Source of the DNA: Myxococcales bacterium | GTDB taxonomy: Bacteria; Myxococcota; Myxococcia; Myxococcales; 40CM-4-68-19 | Direction: 5' to 3' | Assembly (NCBI GenBank): GCA_035635335.1 | Contig: DASQBG010000065.1 | Coordinates: 2,158 to 66,157, forward strand | Length of the DNA stretch: 64,000 nt | Position numbers and translations under genes: made by a program | The notes under the pieces: model-generated | The model's database searches: none | Told to the model about the DNA's origin: nothing | What the model saw: only the letters and a program-made list of their open reading frames with translations | Shown here: positions 24,843-32,936 of the stretch, piece by piece | Layout of the letters: each line of letters opens with the position of its first letter | Numbering within the stretch: the first letter of the stretch is position 1

Positions 24843-27548
24843 GTGGCCTTCGTGGGTTACGCCGACGAGCGCCCGGCGCTGCTCGCGCGCCTGCGGAAGC
24901 ATGCGGAGGGCCGCGCTCTGCAGGACGCGCTCCGCCTCGACGGCCGCGCGCTGCGCTTCCAACTCGGCACCTCGCTCGCCGACCTCCGCGTCCCGGTCGC
25001 GCTCGGCGCCGACCTGCGCCGGGCGTTCACGGCGGCGGTCCGCGACCTGTACTTCCTGCTCTGCCTGCGCCACCGGCCGTCGCTCAAGGAGAGCGAGTTC
25101 GATCAGCTCCTCCTGCAGGACGGGTTCGATTCCAAGGCCCTGCGGCCGGTGTCCTTCTCTGCGCCGCCGACCGTCGCGCGAGAGAACGTGCGCCGGGCCT
25201 TCGCCGAGGCCCCCGAGCTGCACCCGGCGCTCGACGCCGGCGTGCTGGCCTCGTGGATCGCCTCCGGGCGCCCCGGCCGCGCCTGGTTGGGGGTGCTCAA
25301 TGCCGTCTTGCGCCGGGCCATGAAGGAAGGCGCGGCGAGCGATCGCCACGAGCCCACCGCTTACCTGCTCTTGCTCTCGCTGCGCGTCCTGGCCGACGAA
25401 GCGCACGCCATCCTGCGCGCCGTCCCGCTGGCACAGGGAATCCACCGCGTCCTCCACGGTGCGGTCGCCACCGGGCTGCTCGTCGCCGCGCGCCTCGCCG
25501 CCCGCGAGGCCGGCGCATTCGAGGCGCCGGGCGGCGTCCTGTCGGAAGCGGCGACGCATGCGCTCAGCTGGATGGGCGGGATGCGCCACCTGGCCGGCGG
25601 CTCGAGCCACGCGTACGGCGTCGCCTTCGCGGAGCCGGCCGCGCGCATGGACCTGTACGCCCACAAGGTGATGCAGGGCGCCTCTCCCGAGCAGCTGGCG
25701 AAGGACGTGAACGCCGAGCTGGAGGGCGCGGAGGACGCTTTCCGCCGGGCCGAGCGCGCCTTCGCGCTCGCGACCATCCGCTCCGACCTGCTGCACCTGC
25801 TACGCCTGTCGGAGACGACGCGCACGCCGTCCTTCGGCCTGGACGGCGTGGCCCCAGCGCAGCTCTTCGGGTCGCCGGGCGCGCTGGAGCGCATGCTCGC
25901 CGCCCCGGAACGCCGCAAGGAGATGCACGCGCGGGCCAAGGCGGCCGCCAAGGGGGCGAGCGAGGGCGAGGCGCGCGCCGCGCTCCAGTCCCTGTCCCGC
26001 GTGAGCAAGGAATGGCGCGAGGAGGGTGCCTCCGTCTTCGCCGCGGCCGACGTGCGGGAAGGGACCGGGCGGGCGATGGTCGCGCTGGCCGTGGACGTCG
26101 CGCTGGAGAAGCTGCTCGACCAGGCCGAGCTGTCGCTCCTGCACCGCTCCGGGCAGGAGAGCGCCCACGGCATCGAGGCCGAGCACGAGCGGGGCCGGTT
26201 GTACCTGGTCCGCGCCGAGGAGCGACCGATCCTGCGGAGCCGGGCCCAGGCGCTGCAGATGGGGCATCTCTTCTGCGACGTGAAGGACTTCACCCGCCGG
26301 ACGGTCTTCCTCAAGGAAGCGGTGGTCGCCGACTTCCTCTCCCGCGAGTTCTACACGCCGATCCTCACCGCGGCGGCTCGCCACCACCACGGCGCCGATC
26401 ACCTCCACGACAAGGGCGGCATCTACCTGAACAACCTGCTCGGCGATGCGGTCAGCTTCTCGGGCGACGTGTCCGCGCTGGTGGCGCTGGCGCACGACAT
26501 CCGCCGTGCCCTGAACAGCTACGCCAAGCGGCTCGACAGCGAGAGCAGCTCCGACGCGGTGGCGAGGAGCATCGCCTCCGTCGAGCAGCGCGCGGCCGCG
26601 CGGCGGGCCGAGCTGCAGCAGCAGATGGCCGAGGCCCAGTCGGCGCTGCACCAGGGCCTGGTGGACCAGAGCGGCGAGGAGCCGCGGGTGCGGCTCGCGC
26701 GGCTGCGCCTGGAGCTGTCCCGCCTCGAGGAAGAGCGCCAGTCGGAGATCGCGCTCGCCGCGGGCGAGAAGCTCGAGGCGGGCATCTTCATCTCCTACGG
26801 GGCGGCGCCGGAAGTGGCCACCTTCGAGGACCACGTGTTCGGCTCCATCAAGGTGGCCATCGCGGAGAAGATCAACGAGAGCGCCCGCGGCACGGCGCGC
26901 AACGGCGGCGTGCGCGCGCGCATCGACAGCCTGGTCAGGCAGGCGCGCGGATCGCACGGCCGCGCCGACCTCTCCTGTCCGTTCTCCGTGTTCGTCTCAC
27001 AGCCGCTCGTCATCCACGTGCCTCCCGAGGCGGAGCTCGCGGTGCGAGGGTGCCTGGAGGACGGCGACCCGGGCGGCGCGGAGCTGATGCTGCAGGAATC
27101 CGTCCGCCAGTTCGTCGCGCAGCTCTCGCAGGACACGGGGATCGCGGGCGGAGGCGACATCTACAATGGCGGCGCGGCGCTCTCCGAGGAGGCGCTGCAC
27201 GCGTACGTCCGGGCGCGCGGAGGCGAGCTGACGTTCCTGCGCCGCCGCCTCCCCGTGGCCTCGCTGCACCCGTCGATCACCGAGCGGTTCGTCTTCCCCA
27301 TGCAGACCCTGCAGCTGATCGCGGCGATGGCACCCGACGGCCAGAGCCTGCACGAGCTGTACATCCACGTCGGGCGCGCGCTCTTCAGGGGCTTCGAGAA
27401 GACCGGCGGCCTCGGCGTCTACGAGATGGTGCCGCCCTCCTCCGGCCTGTTCTCCCTGCTCGCCCAGCACCACCTGCCCGGGTGGCTGCTCGAGCACGAG
27501 CAGGGCAAGGACGAGGCGGAGCCGCGGCCGGAGGCAGCGGGAGCATGA
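24843..27548 (+). CDS. 901-aa protein with N-terminal unknown helical region and an insertion-rich class III nucleotidyl-cyclase-like domain
   Basis: ORF 24843..27548. Ordered motifs are HLFCDVKDFT, LLGDAVSFSG, AGIFISYG, KINESAR and LFRGFEKTGGLGVYEMV (see findings). Confidence 0.75.
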   Translation: MAFVGYADERPALLARLRKHAEGRALQDALRLDGRALRFQLGTSLADLRVPVALGADLRRAFTAAVRDLYFLLCLRHRPSLKESEFDQLLLQDGFDSKALRPVSFSAPPTVARENVRRAFAEAPELHPALDAGVLASWIASGRPGRAWLGVLNAVLRRAMKEGAASDRHEPTAYLLLLSLRVLADEAHAILRAVPLAQGIHRVLHGAVATGLLVAARLAAREAGAFEAPGGVLSEAATHALSWMGGMRHLAGGSSHAYGVAFAEPAARMDLYAHKVMQGASPEQLAKDVNAELEGAEDAFRRAERAFALATIRSDLLHLLRLSETTRTPSFGLDGVAPAQLFGSPGALERMLAAPERRKEMHARAKAAAKGASEGEARAALQSLSRVSKEWREEGASVFAAADVREGTGRAMVALAVDVALEKLLDQAELSLLHRSGQESAHGIEAEHERGRLYLVRAEERPILRSRAQALQMGHLFCDVKDFTRRTVFLKEAVVADFLSREFYTPILTAAARHHHGADHLHDKGGIYLNNLLGDAVSFSGDVSALVALAHDIRRALNSYAKRLDSESSSDAVARSIASVEQRAAARRAELQQQMAEAQSALHQGLVDQSGEEPRVRLARLRLELSRLEEERQSEIALAAGEKLEAGIFISYGAAPEVATFEDHVFGSIKVAIAEKINESARGTARNGGVRARIDSLVRQARGSHGRADLSCPFSVFVSQPLVIHVPPEAELAVRGCLEDGDPGGAELMLQESVRQFVAQLSQDTGIAGGGDIYNGGAALSEEALHAYVRARGGELTFLRRRLPVASLHPSITERFVFPMQTLQLIAAMAPDGQSLHELYIHVGRALFRGFEKTGGLGVYEMVPPSSGLFSLLAQHHLPGWLLEHEQGKDEAEPRPEAAGA

Positions 27549-27700
27549 GCGAAGAGAAGCACGTGCAGCAGTTCCCGCCGCCGGAGCCGGAGCCGCCCGA
27601 GCCCAGCTTCAAGCATTACCTGCTCGGCTGGGGCGCCATCTTCCTGGCGCTCGTGGCCCTCGGCGTCCTGCTCGGCGTCCTGATGCGCGTCCTCCGCTAA
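27545..27700 (+). CDS. 51-aa single-pass membrane microprotein, translationally coupled to the cyclase-like gene
   Basis: The ATG at 27545 overlaps the upstream TGA (ATGA). Sequence is MSEEKHVQQFPPPEPEPPEPSFKHYLLGWGAIFLALVALGVLLGVLMRVLR. Third-codon-position GC is very high. Confidence 0.6.
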   Translation: MSEEKHVQQFPPPEPEPPEPSFKHYLLGWGAIFLALVALGVLLGVLMRVLR

Positions 27701-27711
27701 ACCTAAGTGCG

Positions 27712-27782
27712 TTTCACGCAGAGCGCGCGGAGACCGCAGAGAAGAATTTTTTCTCTGCGCCCTTTGCGAACTCTGCGTGAAA
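27712..27782. repeat. palindromic MITE/REP-like element, copy 1
   Basis: Terminal inverted repeats TTTCACGCAGAG (27712-27723) and CTCTGCGTGAAA (27771-27782). Inner hairpin GCAGAGAA-N7-TTCTCTGC (27736-27758). Lies between convergent stops at 27700 and 27788. Confidence 0.7.
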
Positions 27783-27787
27783 TCCTT

Positions 27788-29590
27788 CTAGTCCAGCTGG
27801 AAGTTCTGGAACACGCCCTTCTCGTCCAGCATCGTGCCCCAGACCTTGTGCGAGGCCTGGTGCTCGCTCATGCCGAAGCTGAGCGAGGCGCCCGTTCCGA
27901 GGTCCAGGCCGCGGATGCCCTCCAGCGCGTCGATGACCTTCTCGGTCTCGAGCGCCTGGGCGCGCTTGAGGCCCTCCACCAGCAACGTGCCGGCGAGGTA
28001 GCCCTCCAGCGAGACGAAGTCCGGCTTCTCGCCGGGAGCGTACTTGCGCAGCTGGTCCTGGTACCTCAGCACGGCGGTTGCGCTCGACTGCGGCAGCGGC
28101 ACGACCTGGGTGACCATCGCGCCTTGCGAGAACCTGGGGCCCAGCGCGGCCAGCTCCTCGGCAAGCGCGGTCGAGCCGACGAAGGAGACATTGGTGAAGA
28201 TGATCTCCGAGCCCTTGTCGCGCATCTTCTCGATCAGCTTGGCGGCGGCCTTGTACGTGGCGACGGACACCACGGCGCGCACGTTGGCGTGCTTCCCCAG
28301 CTCGCTGACTGCGTCCGTCACGTCCGCGGTGTTCCGCTGGTAGCCGAGCCGCAAGATCTTCGACGGGTCGCGGCCGTAGCGGCGCATCGCGCGCGCCACG
28401 CCCTCGAAGCCCGCGTCACCGTAGGAGTCCTGCTGCGCGAAGACGGCGATGTCCATCGGCTTGATGCGCTTCACGTCGACCAGATGCCTGACCATCGCCG
28501 CGGTCTCTTCGGCATAGCTCGCGCGGTAGTTGAAGACGTAGCGATCGGGTGGGTCCTTGCGCAGGAGCGGCGCGCCGGTGAACGGTCCGAAGAAGAGCAT
28601 CCTGCGCTCCACGGCGAACGGGACGGCGACCGCGGCGGTCGGGGTGCCCACGTTGCCGATGAAGCCGAACACGCGCCGCTGCTCGGCCAGCTCCTTCATC
28701 ACGCCTACCGTGCGAGTGGGCTCGTAGCCGTCGTCGAGCGCGATCAGCTGCAGCCTGCGCCCGTGCACGCCGCCGGCCTCGTTGGCCGCGGCGAAGGCGA
28801 CCTCCACGCCGGTCTTCATCGCCCGGCCCAACTCCTTGGAGGGACCGGTGAGCGGCGAGGACATGCCGAAGAGCAGGTCGCCCTGGGCCGCCGCGGCGGG
28901 CTGCGCCAGCGGCTGCACCACTGACGCGACCTTCACGCCGTCTTTCACGCCGCCGATCCCCATCGGCCCTTCGCCCGACCAGTGCGAGCGCAGGAGGAGC
29001 ACGCCGGGACCGCCCAGCGCCAGCGCGGCGACCACGCCGAGAAGCAGCGCGCCGCGGTGGTTCTTGGCAGGCGCCATCATGGGCGGCGGGGAGGGCAGCT
29101 GGATGCGCCCCGTGGGGGCGCGCATCGCTCCCGGAGTCGGGCGGGCCGGGGTAGGCTTGCGTTCGGAAGTCACGACTGCCTCCTTGTCGTCCAGGCCAGC
29201 GAGGGCGTCCTCCACGTCGCGATTGGCCTCGTCCTCGCGCCAGGCTTCCTCGAGCAACACCTTGGTCCAGGGCTCATGGATCGCGCGCGACGGGGACACC
29301 GCGTTCTTGTCCACGCGGAAGGTCCCGTCGCGCAGCCTCATGGCGATGCGAATTGCGTCGAGGCCGCGCTGGCCGCCCAGGTGCGCGTCGACCACGTCCC
29401 CGTTCTGGATGAAGAACGTGCCTTCGCCGCGCGAGGTCCGCACCACGAGCGCGACGGTCTCCCGGCGCTGGCAATAGAACTGCACCAGGTCGGTGAACGG
29501 CGTCTCGCTCAGGTCTCCGGTCAAGGCCACGGCGGCTTCTCCCCTGGGCGACCAGAGTAGCGCGCCTGCAAAAAAATCCAAAAGTTTCAC
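27788..29590 (-). CDS. DUF4388 (PATAN-like) - TM - periplasmic type-1 binding protein (LivK/amide-receptor-like) fusion
   Basis: ORF 27788..29590. N-terminal LTGDLSETPFTDLVQFY...GTFFIQNGDVVDA. Central TM ALLLGVVAALALGGPGVLLL. The C-terminal about 370 aa resembles a branched-chain amino-acid ABC substrate-binding protein. Confidence 0.8.
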   Translation of the reverse strand: MKLLDFFAGALLWSPRGEAAVALTGDLSETPFTDLVQFYCQRRETVALVVRTSRGEGTFFIQNGDVVDAHLGGQRGLDAIRIAMRLRDGTFRVDKNAVSPSRAIHEPWTKVLLEEAWREDEANRDVEDALAGLDDKEAVVTSERKPTPARPTPGAMRAPTGRIQLPSPPPMMAPAKNHRGALLLGVVAALALGGPGVLLLRSHWSGEGPMGIGGVKDGVKVASVVQPLAQPAAAAQGDLLFGMSSPLTGPSKELGRAMKTGVEVAFAAANEAGGVHGRRLQLIALDDGYEPTRTVGVMKELAEQRRVFGFIGNVGTPTAAVAVPFAVERRMLFFGPFTGAPLLRKDPPDRYVFNYRASYAEETAAMVRHLVDVKRIKPMDIAVFAQQDSYGDAGFEGVARAMRRYGRDPSKILRLGYQRNTADVTDAVSELGKHANVRAVVSVATYKAAAKLIEKMRDKGSEIIFTNVSFVGSTALAEELAALGPRFSQGAMVTQVVPLPQSSATAVLRYQDQLRKYAPGEKPDFVSLEGYLAGTLLVEGLKRAQALETEKVIDALEGIRGLDLGTGASLSFGMSEHQASHKVWGTMLDEKGVFQNFQLD

Positions 29591-29778
29591 CGCATTAGCT
29601 CACATCCGCGCACCATGGGGTTGCGGGTGGGGTGGGCTCCGCGCACGGACCGAATCGCTCGTTCTCCAGCCTCTCTCGCACGCGCTGGCCGGTGCGCTAT
29701 CTAGAAAATCTCAATGTAACTGAATTCGCCGCCAGGCCGATCGCAAGCTCCGGCGCGCGAAATCCGGCGTGACCCGAG

Positions 29779-30507
29779 TCACTGATCCTCCACCAGCCGG
29801 AGGTGCGCTTCGGCCAGCGCGCGGGAGGCCGCCGCGAAGATGCGGTCGCCCGCGCTCGCCGATGCCAGCGACGGATCCGAGCCAACGCGCCCGTCGGGAT
29901 ACCGGCGGCGGAAGTCCTGCGCGCCCCACGCCACCATCTGCTGCACGGCCTCGAACCGTTCCATCGGCGGGAGCTCCAGCACCGCCCGCGGGTAGAAGCG
30001 CCGGACGACCGACAGCTCGGCGGGGGTTGCGTGGTGCCCCTCGCGCGCGCCGAACAGCTCGAGGACCAGCGACTGCACCTCGGCCAGCTCCCACCAGGAG
30101 ACCAGGAGGCAGCGAGAGTCGGGCAGCTCCGCGTGCGCCTGGGCGCAGGCGGCCTGCAGCGTTCCGGCCGACCCGGGGTGCGCGTTGACCAGGAGGAAGC
30201 GGCGGAAGCCCTGCGCGTAGAGCGCATGCAGCGCGTCGCCCACCAGCGCGAGCAGCGTGGACGGCTGCACCGCGATGGTCCCGGGGAACGCGGCGTGGAC
30301 GGCCGAGACGCCGAACGGGATGGCCGGCGCCACCATCGCGCGCCGGTCCTCGCCCAGCTCCTGCGCCAGCTCCTCGGCCAGGATCAGGTCGCTGCCCAGA
30401 GGGCCCGAGGGACCGTGCTGCTCGGTGGAGCCCACCGGCACCACGACGTCGTCGCGCCGGGTGAGGTACTCCTCCACGTCCTGCCAGAGGGCCAGCTTGA
30501 GCAGCAC
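29779..30507 (-). CDS. creatininase-family amidohydrolase
   Basis: ORF 29779..30507 (GTG start). VVVPVGSTEQHGP motif and overall creatinine amidohydrolase family pattern. Confidence 0.85.
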   Translation of the reverse strand: MLLKLALWQDVEEYLTRRDDVVVPVGSTEQHGPSGPLGSDLILAEELAQELGEDRRAMVAPAIPFGVSAVHAAFPGTIAVQPSTLLALVGDALHALYAQGFRRFLLVNAHPGSAGTLQAACAQAHAELPDSRCLLVSWWELAEVQSLVLELFGAREGHHATPAELSVVRRFYPRAVLELPPMERFEAVQQMVAWGAQDFRRRYPDGRVGSDPSLASASAGDRIFAAASRALAEAHLRLVEDQ

Positions 30508-30549
30508 TCTTCCAGTCTATCCGCCCGCCGAACCGCCTGTCTTGTAGCC

Positions 30550-31455
30550 CTAGACCGAGGAGGAGAGTTGCTTGAGGACAGTCTCGACCAGGGTGAACCA
30601 GTCCTTGATCTGGGGCTTGGCGCCGACGTCGGTGGGCAGGTCGAGCAGCTTTGCGCCGCCCTTCTCGGCGACCAGCCGCGCGGTGTTCAGGTTGTAGAAG
30701 TCCTCGGCCAGCACCAGTTGCACGTGCTCGGCGCGCATCGCCTGGATCAAGCGGAAGAGATGGTCGGGGTCGGGCGGGATGCCGGGCTTGGGTTCCAGGT
30801 AACCGATCTCCTGCAGCCCGAGCCATTGCGACATGTACGTCCAGCTCTTGTGGTACGTGACGACCTTGGTGCCGCGCACCTTGGCGGTCATCGGCTGCCA
30901 CCTCTTGACCGCCGCGTCGACCCGGTCATTGAAGGCCGCCAGGTTCGTCTGGTAGGTCGCCGCGCTGCTCGGGTCGATCTGCGAAAGCCGCTGCGCGATC
31001 TCGCGCGCGACGATCTTCGCGTTGGCAGGGGGCAGCCAGTAGTGCGGGTTGCCCTGCGGGTGGATGTCGCCCATCGAGCGGTCGACCCTGATGGTGGGGA
31101 TGTCCAGCACCGGGATGGCCCGCGAGCAGTCCAGGTTGCCCAGCTCGCCGGTCTGGATCTTCGCGTTGCGCGAGCCGAGCACCAGCGGCGGCAGCCAGCC
31201 GATCTCCAGCTCGAGCCCGACGTACAGCAGCAGGTCGGCGCGGTTCAGGAGCAACATCAGGCTGGGCTTCGGCTCGACGAAGTGCGGATCCTGATAGCCC
31301 CTGGCGAGGGATTGGACCTCCACGCGATCGCCCCCCACCTCCTTGGCGAGCGACCCCAGCGTCGGAATCGACGAGACGACGCGCACCGCGGCCGCGGCGG
31401 GCTTCGGCGAGGACAGCGCAAGGGCGGCGAGCAGGGCGAAGCGTCTCATGGCCAT
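30550..31455 (-). CDS. metal (Zn/Mn-type) ABC transporter substrate-binding protein, TroA/ZnuA-like
   Basis: ORF 30550..31455. Signal peptide and cluster A-I SBP pattern (QDPHFVEPKPS, NPHYWL, TYHKSW). No His-rich loop, so metal specificity is not assigned. Confidence 0.85.
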   Translation of the reverse strand: MAMRRFALLAALALSSPKPAAAAVRVVSSIPTLGSLAKEVGGDRVEVQSLARGYQDPHFVEPKPSLMLLLNRADLLLYVGLELEIGWLPPLVLGSRNAKIQTGELGNLDCSRAIPVLDIPTIRVDRSMGDIHPQGNPHYWLPPANAKIVAREIAQRLSQIDPSSAATYQTNLAAFNDRVDAAVKRWQPMTAKVRGTKVVTYHKSWTYMSQWLGLQEIGYLEPKPGIPPDPDHLFRLIQAMRAEHVQLVLAEDFYNLNTARLVAEKGGAKLLDLPTDVGAKPQIKDWFTLVETVLKQLSSSV

Positions 31456-31482
31456 CGTTCGACTCTCCTCTGCGCGAAAGCT

Positions 31483-32883
31483 TCAGAACGGGTGCGCGCC
31501 GTGCGCGCCGATGGAGATCTCGAGCTGCAGGAACGCGGCGAGCGAGTCGCGCGGCTGCACGGCCGCGAACACGACGCCCGGAACGGACGGGCCGGACACG
31601 GCGCGCTCGGCCTCGAGGTAGGCGCGCAGGCGCGCGAACTCGCTCATCTGGAAGGTGATGCTGCCGGCCGCGCGCAATGTCCGGCCCAGCGAGCTGGACG
31701 TCGGCAGTCCGAGCACGTCCCCCCGGACGCCCAGGAACCAGCGCCGATCGACCTGCACCACCACCTGGGTGTAAAGACCGCCGTCCCACCCGCCCGGCAC
31801 GCCTTCCACGTCCTCGAAGTGCCGCCAGATCGCTTCCGTTTGCCACGCGACGGAGTTGTACCCGCGCGCGACGTTGGGCGGCTTCCATTTGACGTAGAGG
31901 TCGGCGCCGACCAGGTAGCTACGTCGATTGGCGCCGAGCACGTTCACGCCCGTGTCCGTCGGCTGGAAGAGACCAGGCGAGACGCCCGTCGCGCCGCTCA
32001 GGCCGGCAAAGATCGACCATTCCTCGCCGAGCGGGAAGAACGCCTTCGCCTCGGCGGTGTACGTGAGATCGCTTGGCTCGCCGCCGCCGAAGCTCGCCAC
32101 CGGCGGTGCGAGCGTCGTCCCGGGTCCGGGTTGCTCGGGCCCTCTCAGGGAGAACGCCTCTGCGTGGAGGGTGAGGTAGAAGGGCAGCGGCGCGAGCCAG
32201 GACACCTGGGCGCCCGGCCCGCGCAGCCCGTCGCCGCCGAGGAAGGCGGCGTTGAGGAGCGGCCTGAGCGTGAAGTCCTGCACGTGCAGGTGCTGGCCGT
32301 TCTGCCGGCCGAAGGCGCTGCGGAAGCTGCCGGCCTTCACCTGCAGGTTCCAGGGAAGGGTCGTGGTGGTCCCGAAGGCCTCCTCGACCTCCAGACCCGT
32401 GAGGTTCGGGATGGTCAGGAATACGTCGGCCCGGAAGTAGGGGTCGACGATGGCCTGGAATGCGACCTCGATCTCCTGCACGGCGAAACCCAGCGATTTC
32501 TTGCCTTCCTCGCTGCGCAGGGCGGGATCGTCTCCGCTGGGGAACAGGAACGGCCTCCGCTGGTACCCACCCTCGGTATCCAGGATGACGGCGATGTCCG
32601 GGTTGAGGGACTGCGTTCCACGAAGCAGGGGCAAAGGCGCCGCGCCGGTGATCGCCGGGTCCGGGGCCGGCGTCGGTGGCGGTGGCTGGCCCGCGGCAGC
32701 GGCCGCCGCAGCATCCTTTCCGAGTGCCTTCTCCAGCTCGCGCCGGAGCGCCTCGTCATCCGGCCCCGCGTCGGCCGAGCCGGCCGGCTTCGCAGGACCC
32801 GCATCCGCGGCGCTGCCCGGGCCGCCGTCCGGCTGGCCCGCCTGCGCAGGGGCGGCGCTCAACGCGAGGAGCAAGATCAACAT
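31483..32883 (-). CDS. putative outer-membrane beta-barrel protein embedded in the metal-uptake operon
   Basis: Distal 466 codons of ORF 31483..33774. The ATG at 32883 follows GGAGGG. Signal peptide MLILLLALSAAPAQA. Ala/Pro/Gly-rich linker, alternating beta-strand pattern and a C-terminal aromatic residue (…GAHGAHPF). Confidence 0.65.
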   Translation of the reverse strand: MLILLLALSAAPAQAGQPDGGPGSAADAGPAKPAGSADAGPDDEALRRELEKALGKDAAAAAAAGQPPPPTPAPDPAITGAAPLPLLRGTQSLNPDIAVILDTEGGYQRRPFLFPSGDDPALRSEEGKKSLGFAVQEIEVAFQAIVDPYFRADVFLTIPNLTGLEVEEAFGTTTTLPWNLQVKAGSFRSAFGRQNGQHLHVQDFTLRPLLNAAFLGGDGLRGPGAQVSWLAPLPFYLTLHAEAFSLRGPEQPGPGTTLAPPVASFGGGEPSDLTYTAEAKAFFPLGEEWSIFAGLSGATGVSPGLFQPTDTGVNVLGANRRSYLVGADLYVKWKPPNVARGYNSVAWQTEAIWRHFEDVEGVPGGWDGGLYTQVVVQVDRRWFLGVRGDVLGLPTSSSLGRTLRAAGSITFQMSEFARLRAYLEAERAVSGPSVPGVVFAAVQPRDSLAAFLQLEISIGAHGAHPF

Positions 32884-32936
32884 CGGATACCCTCCCGGAC
32901 TGTTGGAGCGCTCGGACGGCCGGCTGCCCCGTTTAT

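Noticed and set aside
24843-27700. Interpreting the cyclase-like gene plus small TM protein as a Pycsar/CBASS-type anti-phage module.
   Set aside because: The microprotein has no cyclic-nucleotide-binding, TIR, patatin or endonuclease effector domain. The cyclase-like protein is about 3-4 times larger than the defence cyclases I know. The neighbourhood is core metabolism (glnBA, metal uptake), with no mobile-element or defence-island hallmarks. It is kept only as a generic signalling hypothesis.
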